A stretch of 36,574 nucleotides of DNA from Symbiobacteriaceae bacterium (GTDB taxonomy: Bacteria; Bacillota; JAAYKD01; WRDA01). Location: NCBI GenBank assembly GCA_009783675.1, contig WRDA01000001.1:1-36574 (forward strand), written 5' to 3'. Made by a program: the position numbers and the translations under genes. The notes beneath the pieces were generated by a model, which saw nothing but the letters and a program-made list of their open reading frames with translations, had not been told where the DNA came from and made no database searches. Of the stretch, positions 27,049 through 35,501 are shown piece after piece (the first letter of the stretch is position 1; each line of letters starts with the position of its first letter).

Positions 27049-27133
27049 TGGTGCGGGTAACAGGAGTTGAACCTGCACGGATCTCTCCACCAGATCCTAA
27101 GTCTGGCGCGTCTGCCAATTCCGCCATACCCGC
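27049..27133 (-). tRNA. tRNA-Leu (anticodon UAG), long variable arm, CCA encoded
   Basis: Reverse complement: GCGGGTATGGCGGAATTGGCAGACGCGCCAGACTTAGGATCTGGTGGAGAGATCCGTGCAGGTTCAACTCCTGTTACCCGCACCA. The acceptor stem is GCGGGTA/TACCCGC and the anticodon arm is CCAGA-CTTAGGA-TCTGG. The variable arm is class II and the T loop is TTCAACT. Confidence 0.93.
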
Positions 27134-27169
27134 ATAATGTTGTTAAGGTGTTATTATGATGATAAAAAA

Positions 27170-27246
27170 TGGTGCGCCCGGCAGGATTCGAACCTGCGAC
27201 CTTTTGGTTCGTAGCCAAACACTCTATCCAGCTGAGCTACAAGCGC
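27170..27246 (-). tRNA. tRNA-Arg (anticodon ACG), CCA encoded
   Basis: Reverse complement: GCGCTTGTAGCTCAGCTGGATAGAGTGTTTGGCTACGAACCAAAAGGTCGCAGGTTCGAATCCTGCCGGGCGCACCA. The anticodon arm is TTTGG-CTACGAA-CCAAA and the T arm is GCAGG-TTCGAAT-CCTGC. Confidence 0.93.
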
Positions 27247-27249
27247 ACT

Positions 27250-27326
27250 TGGGGTAGATGATGGGACTTGAACCCACGGCCCTCAGAGCCACAATCTGAT
27301 GCTCTGCCAGCTGAGCTACATCTACC
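27250..27326 (-). tRNA. tRNA-His (anticodon GUG) with genomically encoded G-1, CCA encoded
   Basis: Reverse complement: G-GTAGATGTAGCTCAGCTGGCAGAGCATCAGATTGTGGCTCTGAGGGCCGTGGGTTCAAGTCCCATCATCTACCCCA. The anticodon arm is TCAGA-TTGTGGC-TCTGA. An extra 5' G lies opposite discriminator C73, the hallmark of bacterial tRNA-His. Confidence 0.92.
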
Positions 27327-27358
27327 AAGACTCAGTGCTGCCAAGCAGCACAAAGCAT

Positions 27359-27387
27359 ATTGTAGGGATGAATCTTCCGATTGTCAA
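27359..27387 (-). promoter_or_regulatory. Internal sigma-A promoter for the tRNA-His/Arg(ACG)/Leu unit
   Basis: On the minus strand: TTGACA (27387-27382), a 17-nt spacer, then TACAAT (27364-27359), 32 nt upstream of tRNA-His G-1. Confidence 0.65.
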
Positions 27388-27431
27388 GCCTTTTGCTGAA
27401 TAATACATTACGGCATAGTACCGACACAATA

Positions 27432-27458
27432 CGGGATGTGGCAAAACGCTACATCCCG
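27432..27458 (-). terminator. Hairpin downstream of tRNA-Arg(UCU), upstream of the internal promoter; possible terminator or processing signal
   Basis: Minus-strand RNA: CGGGAUGUAGC-GUUUU-GCCACAUCCCG, an 11-bp stem with one A/C mismatch, followed by UAUUGUGU. See the finding on its identity to the tRNA-Pro 5' end. Confidence 0.4.
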
Positions 27459-27479
27459 CTTTACATAAAGGTTTGAGAT

Positions 27480-27555
27480 TGGTGCGCCCGGTAGGAATCG
27501 AACCTACGACCCTCTGATTAGAAGTCAGATGCTCTATCCCCTGAGCTACAAGCGC
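27480..27555 (-). tRNA. tRNA-Arg (anticodon UCU), CCA encoded
   Basis: Reverse complement: GCGCTTGTAGCTCAGGGGATAGAGCATCTGACTTCTAATCAGAGGGTCGTAGGTTCGATTCCTACCGGGCGCACCA. The anticodon arm is TCTGA-CTTCTAA-TCAGA. Confidence 0.93.
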
Positions 27556-27597
27556 AGAGTTATCTTACTCAAACAGGCTTGCTACAGTGAGTAAACC

Positions 27598-27674
27598 TGG
27601 TCGGGACGGCGGGATTTGAACCCACGGCCTTCTGGTCCCAAGCCAGACGCGCTACCAAGCTGCGCTACATCCCG
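27598..27674 (-). tRNA. tRNA-Pro (anticodon UGG), CCA encoded
   Basis: Reverse complement: CGGGATGTAGCGCAGCTTGGTAGCGCGTCTGGCTTGGGACCAGAAGGCCGTGGGTTCAAATCCCGCCGTCCCGACCA. The anticodon arm is TCTGG-CTTGGGA-CCAGA. Confidence 0.93.
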
Positions 27675-27688
27675 ATGCAGCGAAGTGA

Positions 27689-27717
27689 ATTATAGGATAT
27701 GGCAGGCCTCATGTCAA
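27689..27717 (-). promoter_or_regulatory. Sigma-A consensus promoter for the tRNA-Pro/tRNA-Arg(UCU) unit
   Basis: On the minus strand: TTGACA (27717-27712), a 17-nt spacer, then TATAAT (27694-27689). The -10 ends 14 nt upstream of the mature tRNA-Pro 5' end. Confidence 0.7.
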
Positions 27718-27795
27718 GTACCGAGATTCGGTTACAGTTCCGAGATTTTATTATCTAACGGAGTCTAAACTGGAATATTAATCGTCATAAACTCC

Positions 27796-27824
27796 TTGAC
27801 AAGTTTGCATGCTTATCGTACTAT
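27796..27824 (+). promoter_or_regulatory. Sigma-A promoter for the DUF1653-rlmN-prpC-prkC-rpe block
   Basis: TTGACA (27796-27801), a 17-nt spacer, then TACTAT (27819-27824), with an AT-rich tract upstream. It is divergent from the tRNA-Pro promoter and implies a leader of about 127 nt. Confidence 0.6.
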
Positions 27825-27957
27825 GAAGGCCGTTAAGCTACCTGTCGCCAGTCGCATCATATGGTGATCCTATGTAATAACCCCTTAGTAAGACAGGATT
27901 TCATGAGGCAGGAAGAGAATACTTCCTGACGAGAGAAATATGAGGAGGTACTTCGCC

Positions 27958-28182
27958 ATGGAAAAGCATCCTAAGCCGGGAATCTATCGCCATTATAAAG
28001 GGAGACTCTATTGCCTGGTCGGCTTGGCACAGCATTCTGAGACTCTGGAACTCATGGCGGTATACCACTCCCAGGATAACCTGGATGATCTCTGGGTGAG
28101 ACCTGTTTCGATGTGGAATGAGCTGGTGGAGAAAGACGGAGCCCTGATCCCCCGCTTCTCTTTCGTTTCTCCTGAAAATTAA
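27958..28182 (+). CDS. DUF1653-family small protein
   Basis: GIYRHYKGRLYCLVGLAQHSETLELMAVYHS...LWVRPVSMWNELV matches the DUF1653 pattern (YRHYKG.. Y.. H.E). GAGGAGG (27942-27948) lies 9 nt before ATG 27958. The ORF opens at 27940, inside the RBS. Confidence 0.7.
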   Translation: MEKHPKPGIYRHYKGRLYCLVGLAQHSETLELMAVYHSQDNLDDLWVRPVSMWNELVEKDGALIPRFSFVSPEN

Positions 28183-28233
28183 ACTAAGGTAAGGTATACT
28201 ACCAGAGACTGAATGTGAGGAGATACTACAAGG

Positions 28234-29331
28234 GTGGTTATTTCATCTGAAGGGACTGAGCACTCAGCAGAGAAGCAACTAAACTGGCTTGGCATGACTT
28301 TGGCAGAGATGGAGCAGGTAATCAGTGACCTGGGAGAGGCTAAGTACAGAGCGGGTCAACTCAGTGACTGGATCTATCGTAAGAATGAACACGATTTCGC
28401 TAAGATGAGCAACCTTTCTGCATTCCTGAGGAGTCGCCTCAACGAGATCAGTCGAGTGGATCTCCCCGGAGTGGTCGAGCTGTATCAGGGCATCAACGAC
28501 CCTGTGACCAAGGCTTTGGTTTGCTTTCAGGATGAGGAGCTCGCAGAGTGTGTCCTGATGCGCTATCCATATGGTAACTCGGTATGTGTATCCACTCAGG
28601 TTGGTTGCCGTATGGCTTGTCGTTTTTGCGCCTCTGGCAGCGATGGTTTTTTACGCGACCTTTCTGCGGGTGAGATTGTGGGGCAAGTACTGTTACTTCG
28701 CTCATTGCTTTCAGGAGAAGGAAACAGCCGAATATCCCATTTGGTGTTCATGGGAATGGGAGAACCTTTAGATAATATAGAGCAAGTAATCAGAGTAATT
28801 CAGATTGTTAATGCTCCCTGGGGGCTTGGTATAGGCTACCGACATATCACAGTCTCTACCTGCGGTCTGATTGAGGGGATAGAACGCCTGACTGAGCTAA
28901 ACCTGCCACTCAATCTTGCTATCTCTCTGCATGCATCTGACGATGATTTACGTAGGGAACTAATGCCTGTAGCACATAAGTACAAAATTACAGACCTTAT
29001 AGCCACAGCGGTTCGTTATTCACGTGTAACGGGTCGCAGGGTGACATATGAATATGGGATGATCGCTGGTATCAACGATAAAACGAGCCAGGCTGAGCAA
29101 CTTGCAAGGCTCCTTAAGGGCAGTCTTTCGCATGTTAACCTGATACCATTTAATAACTGGCAATCGGAAACAGCACAGTCTGCACAACAACGCAGCAGCC
29201 CCGAGGTCGTTGCAGGCTTCGCTGAGAGCTTACGCAAATGGGGCATAGAGGTAACTGTACGGCGTGAGATGGGTGCTGATATCTCTGCTGCCTGTGGACA
29301 GCTCCGAAGATCAAGGCGGCGAGGAACATGA
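28234..29331 (+). CDS. rlmN: 23S rRNA/tRNA (adenine-C2)-methyltransferase RlmN (radical SAM)
   Basis: Radical-SAM cluster motif GCRMACRFCASG. N-terminal block YRAGQLSDWIY, plus FMGMGEPLDN and the conserved C-terminal ISAACGQL motif. The GTG start is assumed. Confidence 0.9.
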   Translation: MVISSEGTEHSAEKQLNWLGMTLAEMEQVISDLGEAKYRAGQLSDWIYRKNEHDFAKMSNLSAFLRSRLNEISRVDLPGVVELYQGINDPVTKALVCFQDEELAECVLMRYPYGNSVCVSTQVGCRMACRFCASGSDGFLRDLSAGEIVGQVLLLRSLLSGEGNSRISHLVFMGMGEPLDNIEQVIRVIQIVNAPWGLGIGYRHITVSTCGLIEGIERLTELNLPLNLAISLHASDDDLRRELMPVAHKYKITDLIATAVRYSRVTGRRVTYEYGMIAGINDKTSQAEQLARLLKGSLSHVNLIPFNNWQSETAQSAQQRSSPEVVAGFAESLRKWGIEVTVRREMGADISAACGQLRRSRRRGT

Positions 29332-29393
29332 TCAACTGTACTTGGGATTACTTGTGAAGGAAGGTGTGTCCCTTGCCTTTATCCTAGGAACTG

Positions 29394-30173
29394 TTGTACG
29401 CTTCACTGACGGATCCTGGTATGGTCCGTAGCGACAACCAGGATGCTCTTTATACAGGGTGCATCAAAGAAGCAACTGCATTACAGCCGGCGGTTTATTT
29501 ACTTATGGTCGCTGACGGAATGGGAGGATACCATGGAGGAGATGTAGCCGCTCAGCTAGCCTTGGACACTTTTCACAGACTGCTGAGTGATCATACTTCT
29601 GCATGGCCCGATACTGAAGAGTTCGATCTCTGGCAGAAACTCCTGCGTGAACTAGTCGTAAAAACCAATGCCAGGATTCTTGATGCCCAAAGGGAACTCT
29701 CCTATCCACAAATGGGTACTACACTAACAGTAGCGGTTCTAACCGGTCAGTTTTTACATATGGTTCATGTCGGGGACAGTCGGTTATACATACTCGATGG
29801 AGGAAGAATTAGTCAGGTGACCAGTGACCACTCCTATGTAGCAGATATGCAGCGTAAGGGATTATTGACTCCTGAGGAAGCTCGCCTCCATCCTCACAGG
29901 AATGTGATGTCTCAAGCACTCGGTGTGGAGTGGGAACTAGCAATCGAAGCCAGAAGCTTGCATCTTCCGGTTGATTCCACGCTCCTCATCTGTAGTGATG
30001 GTCTTAGCACAATGGTCTCTGATGCTGAAATAGGAGAGGTTTTACAACTTCAGCGAGAGCCTGCAGATTTGGTCAGGGAGCTGGTAGACCGTGCTAACCG
30101 CTTCGGAGGACTGGATAATATAACAGTTATTGTAGCTTTTTTTCGTAATCAAGATGAGGTAGCAGGTTCATGA
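29394..30173 (+). CDS. prpC: PP2C-family Ser/Thr phosphatase (Stp/PrpC type)
   Basis: PPM motifs LTDPGMVRSDNQDA, VADGMGGYHGGDVAA, HVGDSRLY, CSDGLS and DNITVIV. An in-frame stop at 29385 forces TTG 29394 as the first possible start. ATGA overlap with the kinase gene. Confidence 0.88.
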   Translation: MYASLTDPGMVRSDNQDALYTGCIKEATALQPAVYLLMVADGMGGYHGGDVAAQLALDTFHRLLSDHTSAWPDTEEFDLWQKLLRELVVKTNARILDAQRELSYPQMGTTLTVAVLTGQFLHMVHVGDSRLYILDGGRISQVTSDHSYVADMQRKGLLTPEEARLHPHRNVMSQALGVEWELAIEARSLHLPVDSTLLICSDGLSTMVSDAEIGEVLQLQREPADLVRELVDRANRFGGLDNITVIVAFFRNQDEVAGS

Positions 30174-31996
30174 TCGGTAGCATTTTGGGCGAGCGTTATG
30201 AAATACTTGAGAAGATCGGCGATGGGGGTATGGCGCTGGTCTACAGGGCTCGCGATCTTCAGGAGAAGCGAACAGTCGCTGTAAAGGTTCTACGATCGGA
30301 GTATGTCTCTGATGAAGAATTCATCCGCCGTTTTCGGCGTGAAGCAGAAGCGATGCAACGCTTACAACACCCTAATATGGTTGAAATATATGACATCTCT
30401 ATATCTGAACCTCCCTACTACCTGGTAATGGAATATGTTGATGGGGTTACCCTAGATAAGCTTATCGCTGCTGAGGAGCTATCCTTTGAACGGGTATTAT
30501 ATCTGGCTTTGCAGATCGCGGATGGATTGCAGTATGCCCATGAGCATATGATTATTCACAGAGATATCAAACCACAGAACATCCTCCTGACTGCCAATGG
30601 CCAGGTGAAGATAACTGATTTCGGTATCGCCGTCCTGGTTTCGACAACTACTCTGGTTAAGACTCGCAGTGTGGTCGGTACCGTTCACTACCTCTCGCCG
30701 GAGCAAGCCAGAGGAGAGCCGCTTACGGAGCAATCCGACCTCTACTCTTTCGGGGTTATGCTATATGAAATGATTACTGGTCAAGTTCCTTTCGATGCTG
30801 ATAACACCGTGGCCATAGTCTACAAGCATGATCAGGAAGAACCTGCTCCTCTCAGTGAACTCAGGCAGGACATTCCGGGTGCTTTGGAAGCTGTAGTCAT
30901 GAAGTTGCTGGAGAAGGATGTCCGAGATCGTTACCGCAGTAGTCGGGAGTTACACGATGATCTGGAAGATATTATAGATATACTGCCCGAATCGGGATCC
31001 ACTCTGCTGGAGAAAATGAGGCGCTCCATGAATAAGCGGGAAAGAAACCGCCGTGACAAGAGGAGATCTCGAAGTTTTTTGCGGGGTTTACTGGTCTTTA
31101 TGCTCCTGGTGTGTCTCCTGGCTGGTTTGTTATATGGTGCATGGAATCAACTCTTTACCCGCAAAGCGACTGCCCTGATGCCATTGCTCGAGGGAAAGCA
31201 GATGAACGAAGCCATAGCAGAGCTGTCGGTGTTGGGTTTTGCTTATCATATTGCGGAGGAGCGCTTCGACCCGCGAATTCCTGAAGGTGTTGTCATCGAG
31301 CAAAAAACTCAGGCAGGAGTAAATGCCTTTACTGATACCATCGTTGAACTGGTTGTGTCTCTTGGTAAGCAGATGTTCACACTCCCTGATGTGGTAGGCT
31401 TACGAAATCAACAGGCTACTCTGGAGCTTCAAAGCAAAGGTTTGACAGTTCTGACTGAGCCCCAAAGCAGCACCAGCATCGTCGAGGGACTGGTGATGGA
31501 AATGAAGCCAGAGGCCAGAACAATGGTTACCGAGGGTACGGAAGTAACTCTGGTCGTCTCCACTGGCCAGGAAAAGGTCCTGATGATCAGTGTGCTTGGT
31601 CTCTCCTTTGAACAAGCCAGTGAAAGATTGTCGGAGCTGGGATTGCTACCGGCAGATCCTATCATTCATGTTGACGCATCGTATCCTGCTGCTCGTATTA
31701 CAGGTCAATCTCCGTTAGCAGGTGAGTTGGTGCCTAAGAACTCCCGGGTGGACCTTTGGATCAACCCTGCGCAAAGAGATGATGTGGAAATCACAATCAC
31801 CTTTCCTGCTGATATCGCCATCCAGGTAATCCGAGTCGAGGTAGAGGATGCGTCACTGACGAATCCCTCCAGGGTGATTTATAATGCGCAACATAAAGCG
31901 AACGATAAACCACTGCCTTTATCGATCCCAGTTGAGCCACCAGCAGTGGTTAGGGTCTACCGCAATGATATCCTTATCTTCTCCGGCGAAAGATAA
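30170..31996 (+). CDS. prkC: PASTA-domain Ser/Thr protein kinase (PrkC/Stk1 type)
   Basis: Hanks kinase motifs GDGGMALVYRA, VAVK, HRDIKPQNIL, DFG and SPEQ. A basic juxtamembrane segment and one TM helix (LLVFMLLVCLLAGLLYGAW) follow, then three PASTA-like repeats and a C-terminal beta-rich domain. Confidence 0.9.
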   Translation: MIGSILGERYEILEKIGDGGMALVYRARDLQEKRTVAVKVLRSEYVSDEEFIRRFRREAEAMQRLQHPNMVEIYDISISEPPYYLVMEYVDGVTLDKLIAAEELSFERVLYLALQIADGLQYAHEHMIIHRDIKPQNILLTANGQVKITDFGIAVLVSTTTLVKTRSVVGTVHYLSPEQARGEPLTEQSDLYSFGVMLYEMITGQVPFDADNTVAIVYKHDQEEPAPLSELRQDIPGALEAVVMKLLEKDVRDRYRSSRELHDDLEDIIDILPESGSTLLEKMRRSMNKRERNRRDKRRSRSFLRGLLVFMLLVCLLAGLLYGAWNQLFTRKATALMPLLEGKQMNEAIAELSVLGFAYHIAEERFDPRIPEGVVIEQKTQAGVNAFTDTIVELVVSLGKQMFTLPDVVGLRNQQATLELQSKGLTVLTEPQSSTSIVEGLVMEMKPEARTMVTEGTEVTLVVSTGQEKVLMISVLGLSFEQASERLSELGLLPADPIIHVDASYPAARITGQSPLAGELVPKNSRVDLWINPAQRDDVEITITFPADIAIQVIRVEVEDASLTNPSRVIYNAQHKANDKPLPLSIPVEPPAVVRVYRNDILIFSGER

Positions 31997-32040
31997 ATCA
32001 ACAGGTTTAGTCCGGGGAGTCCAACTAACAGCATAAAGAG

Positions 32041-32715
32041 GTGAGGATCGGAGTGTTTATCGCTCCTTCTCTATTAGCAGCACATCCTGGTCGTTTAGAA
32101 GCGGAAGCCGAGGCTGCCATTCAAGCAGGAGCAGACTGGTTGCATGTGGACATCATGGATGGTCATTTTGTTCCTGCTATCAGTATGGGACCGCGTCTGA
32201 TCAAAGCGCTGCATGATGCGGAGCCTGCTGTACCTCTGGATGTGCACCTTATGGTCAGTAGTCCTGCGCAGTTTATCGCCGACTGTGTAAACTGGGGAGC
32301 TGCCTCTTTGACCGTACATTATGAAACCTGCCATCATCTCCATGGGGTTCTGCAACAGATACGCAGCCTGGGATGTAAAGCCGGAGTTGCTCTCAATCCT
32401 CATACCCCAACGAATGTCTTGCAATGCCTTTTAGGTGATCTGGATACTGTATTGCTGATGGCCGTCAACCCTGGTTTTGGAGGTCAAAGGTTTATTCCTT
32501 TTACACTGGAAAAAATCAGGCAACTAAGTAACCTGAGAGATGGAAGCTCAGGTTACTTTCTCATAAGCGTCGATGGTGGAGTCGGTATAAGTAACGCCGC
32601 ACTTATCAGAGAAGCAGGTGCGGATGTTCTGATTGCAGGGAGCGCCGTCTTTGGCAGTGATGACTATTCCCAAGCCATAGAACAATTGCGTGGTAAACAA
32701 ACTGTGACCAAATGA
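32041..32715 (+). CDS. rpe: Ribulose-phosphate 3-epimerase
   Basis: HVDIMDGHFVP, DVHLMV, MAVNPGFGGQ and VDGG motifs. In-frame GTG 32053 is an equally plausible start, with better spacing from AGAGGTGAGGA. Confidence 0.9.
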   Translation: MRIGVFIAPSLLAAHPGRLEAEAEAAIQAGADWLHVDIMDGHFVPAISMGPRLIKALHDAEPAVPLDVHLMVSSPAQFIADCVNWGAASLTVHYETCHHLHGVLQQIRSLGCKAGVALNPHTPTNVLQCLLGDLDTVLLMAVNPGFGGQRFIPFTLEKIRQLSNLRDGSSGYFLISVDGGVGISNAALIREAGADVLIAGSAVFGSDDYSQAIEQLRGKQTVTK

Positions 32716-33653
32716 TGAGTTTGTTCCAACACGAAATCAATGGGTTCGCTACTTGGTCACGAGTTTTCCATGACCCATCAGCTTGGTATGATGTTGCTGG
32801 GGCTATGTATACAGAGTCAGGGATCACCTACCAGGGGCTCACGCCGTTATCCCCCGGGACCAATGCCGTTTTTCGCAGTGGCGACACGGTAATCAAGATA
32901 TTCGCTCCTGTAGAAGCAGCTATGAGCGATCGCGATGACTATTCAGTCGAATTAATGGCTCTGGAAGAAGCAGCAAAGCGAGGGGTGCCGGTTCCTGCTG
33001 TTTTAAGGTCTGGAACCTTCAGGGATCGTTACCCATTTAATTATATAATCATGCCGTTTATTCATGGTCAAGAGCTTGGCGGCATTTTACAACAACAAGA
33101 CGTAGAGGAGCAGGATGCAATCCTCGATCAAATCCGCAGCATGCTAGTCAGATTGCATGAAATACCTCCTTTTCCGGGGGACACATTTGCGAAGGTTTTT
33201 CAACGTGCGTTGCATAATGACAGATGGTTACTCTTCAATCCTCAGGTCAGGTCTGAGGTTTCAACTACTTTATTGCGATATTTCAATCAGATTGATTTGC
33301 AAACATTAGTTTTCGTTCATGGAGATCTGACCGGGGAGAATCTGCTGCTCGTCTCTGAAAACAGAATCCGTCTAATAGACTTTGCGGATGCTTGCATAGC
33401 TCCTCCTGGATATGATGATGTAGCGCTGGTTTTGGGTGCTTTCGATCTGGATTCTCGCCTAGTTTGGCGTTATTATAGATTCGGTGACCCTGTCCTTTTT
33501 GTAGACTCCCTATTTCCTCATATTCTTCTTCATGACTTTGGGGGAGGTTACCTGCGCGATCTGGCAGCAAAGCTGCTTAATCTGGATCCTGGTGAGGTAA
33601 GCAGTCTGGCACAGATTCGTGAGGCGTTAATAAGGCAAATTAGTATCCAGTAA
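32712..33653 (+). CDS. Aminoglycoside-phosphotransferase (APH)/choline-kinase-fold small-molecule kinase
   Basis: ATGA overlap with rpe. GTNAVFRSGDTVIKIF (nucleotide-binding Lys), catalytic loop FVHGDLTGENLLL and metal loop IDFADA. Confidence 0.75.
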   Translation: MMSLFQHEINGFATWSRVFHDPSAWYDVAGAMYTESGITYQGLTPLSPGTNAVFRSGDTVIKIFAPVEAAMSDRDDYSVELMALEEAAKRGVPVPAVLRSGTFRDRYPFNYIIMPFIHGQELGGILQQQDVEEQDAILDQIRSMLVRLHEIPPFPGDTFAKVFQRALHNDRWLLFNPQVRSEVSTTLLRYFNQIDLQTLVFVHGDLTGENLLLVSENRIRLIDFADACIAPPGYDDVALVLGAFDLDSRLVWRYYRFGDPVLFVDSLFPHILLHDFGGGYLRDLAAKLLNLDPGEVSSLAQIREALIRQISIQ

Positions 33654-33683
33654 AACAGTATACCTTGTATTTTAAGGTTAGTT

Positions 33684-35501
33684 ATGACCACTAAATGGAG
33701 AGACGAAGGTGATGCAGTCATGAACATTTATGCCAGATTAGCCAGGGACTTCATGCAAAAATACTGGCATCGCTATCTCCTGGCTTTCGCTCTGGTTAAT
33801 CTGGTGACCTGGCTGGGTTTCAGGGCACCTTTGCTGACGCAGAGAATTATCGACGATTTTATCCCTACCAGGGATATGGACAATATCATCAGGTATGCTT
33901 TAATGATTGTGGTCGTCGCTGTAGCTAGGGGACTGACGACTTTCGTGCAGCGCTATAACTTGGAATATACGGCGCAGAAGGTCGTCTACGATATTCGTAA
34001 TCGCCTCTACATGCATATTCAGGAACTATCTTTTTCCTTTTACGATTCTGCTCGTACGGGAGAGCTGATGTCTCGTCTTACATCCGATGTGGAAACACTC
34101 CGGGGAGCCATGGGAATGGCTTTCATCAATCTGATATCCAATATACTGCAGATTGTATATGCCATGGCTATCCTGTTGAGCCTCAATGTGCAGCTGACGC
34201 TGATTTCTCTGGTCTTCATGCCATTTCTGATCTGGGCAGTGCGTGAGTATGCCATCAAGGTGCGACCTACCTTCCGCATGGTGCAGGAGCAGATGGCCAA
34301 ACTGACAGCCGTGATGCAGGAAAATATCACCGGCATCAGGGTTGTCAAAGCTTTCGCGCAAGAAGAGTACGAAGTAAGCAAATTTAGCGATCAAAACACC
34401 GTCTATTTCCAGAAAGCTCTGGTATCCGCGCGTCTGGACGCTTTCTACAGTCCCTTGATGACTTTTATCTCGGGGTTGAGTTCGACTTTTATCCTCTGGT
34501 ATGGTGGCAATGCAGTGATCAATGGTACCCTGCAGCTTGGCGAATGGATGATCTTTAATACCCTTTTGTTGCAACTGATCCAACCAGTACGCATGTTCGG
34601 CTGGTTGGTTTCCATGGTACAGCGAGCGGCGGCTTCCGGAGGACGGCTCTATGAAGTTCTCGATACCAAGAGTGATGTCGCGGATTCACCACAGGCGGTA
34701 GATATGCCTCCGGTTACAGGCCTGGTCGAATTTGATAATGTCACTTTCAGTTACGATAAAAGAATGATGGTCTTGGAAGAGCTTACCTTTACTGCAGAAC
34801 CTGGACAGACCATTGCGATCTTAGGTCCGACAGGTTCAGGCAAGTCCTCGGTAATAAGTCTGATTCCACGTTTCTACGATCCTCTCATAGGGACTATACG
34901 TATTGATGGCAGAGATATCCGTGATTATAAAGTAGAATCTTTGCGAAAACAGGTGGGGATTGTCCTGCAGGAGACCTTTCTTTTCGGTGATAGCCTGCGT
35001 GCAAATATAGCATATGGTAAGCCCGATGCCAGTGACGAAGAGATCATCTCTGCGGCTCAGTCGGCTAAAATCCATGATTTCATCATGGGTTTGCCCGATG
35101 GATATGACACCACCATTGGAGAGAGAGGTGTTGGTCTCTCTGGCGGGCAGAAACAGAGGGTTGCTATTGCCAGGGCTATTCTTATGCAGGCGCGAATTCT
35201 CATTCTGGATGAGTCTACCTCCAGTGTTGACACTGAAACCGAGCATGCTATTCAACAGGCTTTTGCCCAGCTGACAGCTAATTGTACCACCTTTATCATA
35301 GCGCAAAGATTATCTACAGTACGTAATGCTGATAAAATTCTGGTACTGGATCGTGGGCGTCTCGTACAGGAAGGGCATCATGAGGATCTTCTCTTAGATC
35401 CGGATGGTATATACGCTAAAATATACGAGATGCAACTGCGCCCCCAGGAGAAGGATGTAAGTGTTACGAGCACCACTAAGAGTTCGGGAGGTGATTCCTG
35501 A
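33684..35501 (+). CDS. ABC exporter, fused permease/ATPase half-transporter (MsbA/type I exporter fold)
   Basis: TMD with FYDSARTGELMSRLTSDVETL. NBD motifs are Walker A GPTGSGKSS, signature LSGGQKQR and Walker B ILILDESTS. The H-loop position reads AQRL (Gln, not His). ATG 33720 is an alternative start. Confidence 0.88.
   Translation: MTTKWRDEGDAVMNIYARLARDFMQKYWHRYLLAFALVNLVTWLGFRAPLLTQRIIDDFIPTRDMDNIIRYALMIVVVAVARGLTTFVQRYNLEYTAQKVVYDIRNRLYMHIQELSFSFYDSARTGELMSRLTSDVETLRGAMGMAFINLISNILQIVYAMAILLSLNVQLTLISLVFMPFLIWAVREYAIKVRPTFRMVQEQMAKLTAVMQENITGIRVVKAFAQEEYEVSKFSDQNTVYFQKALVSARLDAFYSPLMTFISGLSSTFILWYGGNAVINGTLQLGEWMIFNTLLLQLIQPVRMFGWLVSMVQRAAASGGRLYEVLDTKSDVADSPQAVDMPPVTGLVEFDNVTFSYDKRMMVLEELTFTAEPGQTIAILGPTGSGKSSVISLIPRFYDPLIGTIRIDGRDIRDYKVESLRKQVGIVLQETFLFGDSLRANIAYGKPDASDEEIISAAQSAKIHDFIMGLPDGYDTTIGERGVGLSGGQKQRVAIARAILMQARILILDESTSSVDTETEHAIQQAFAQLTANCTTFIIAQRLSTVRNADKILVLDRGRLVQEGHHEDLLLDPDGIYAKIYEMQLRPQEKDVSVTSTTKSSGGDS

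Noticed and set aside
26958-27218. 86-aa minus-strand ORF in the track
   Set aside because: It lies entirely over tRNA-Leu and tRNA-Arg(ACG) and their spacer. The reading frame is a by-product of the GC-rich tRNA sequence, and there is no RBS.
27721-27747. Direct repeat CCGAGATT x2 (27721-27728 and 27740-27747), plus CCGAGAT at 27041-27047
   Set aside because: A 7-8-mer is expected to recur by chance several times in 36 kb on both strands. The copies show no consistent position relative to promoters.
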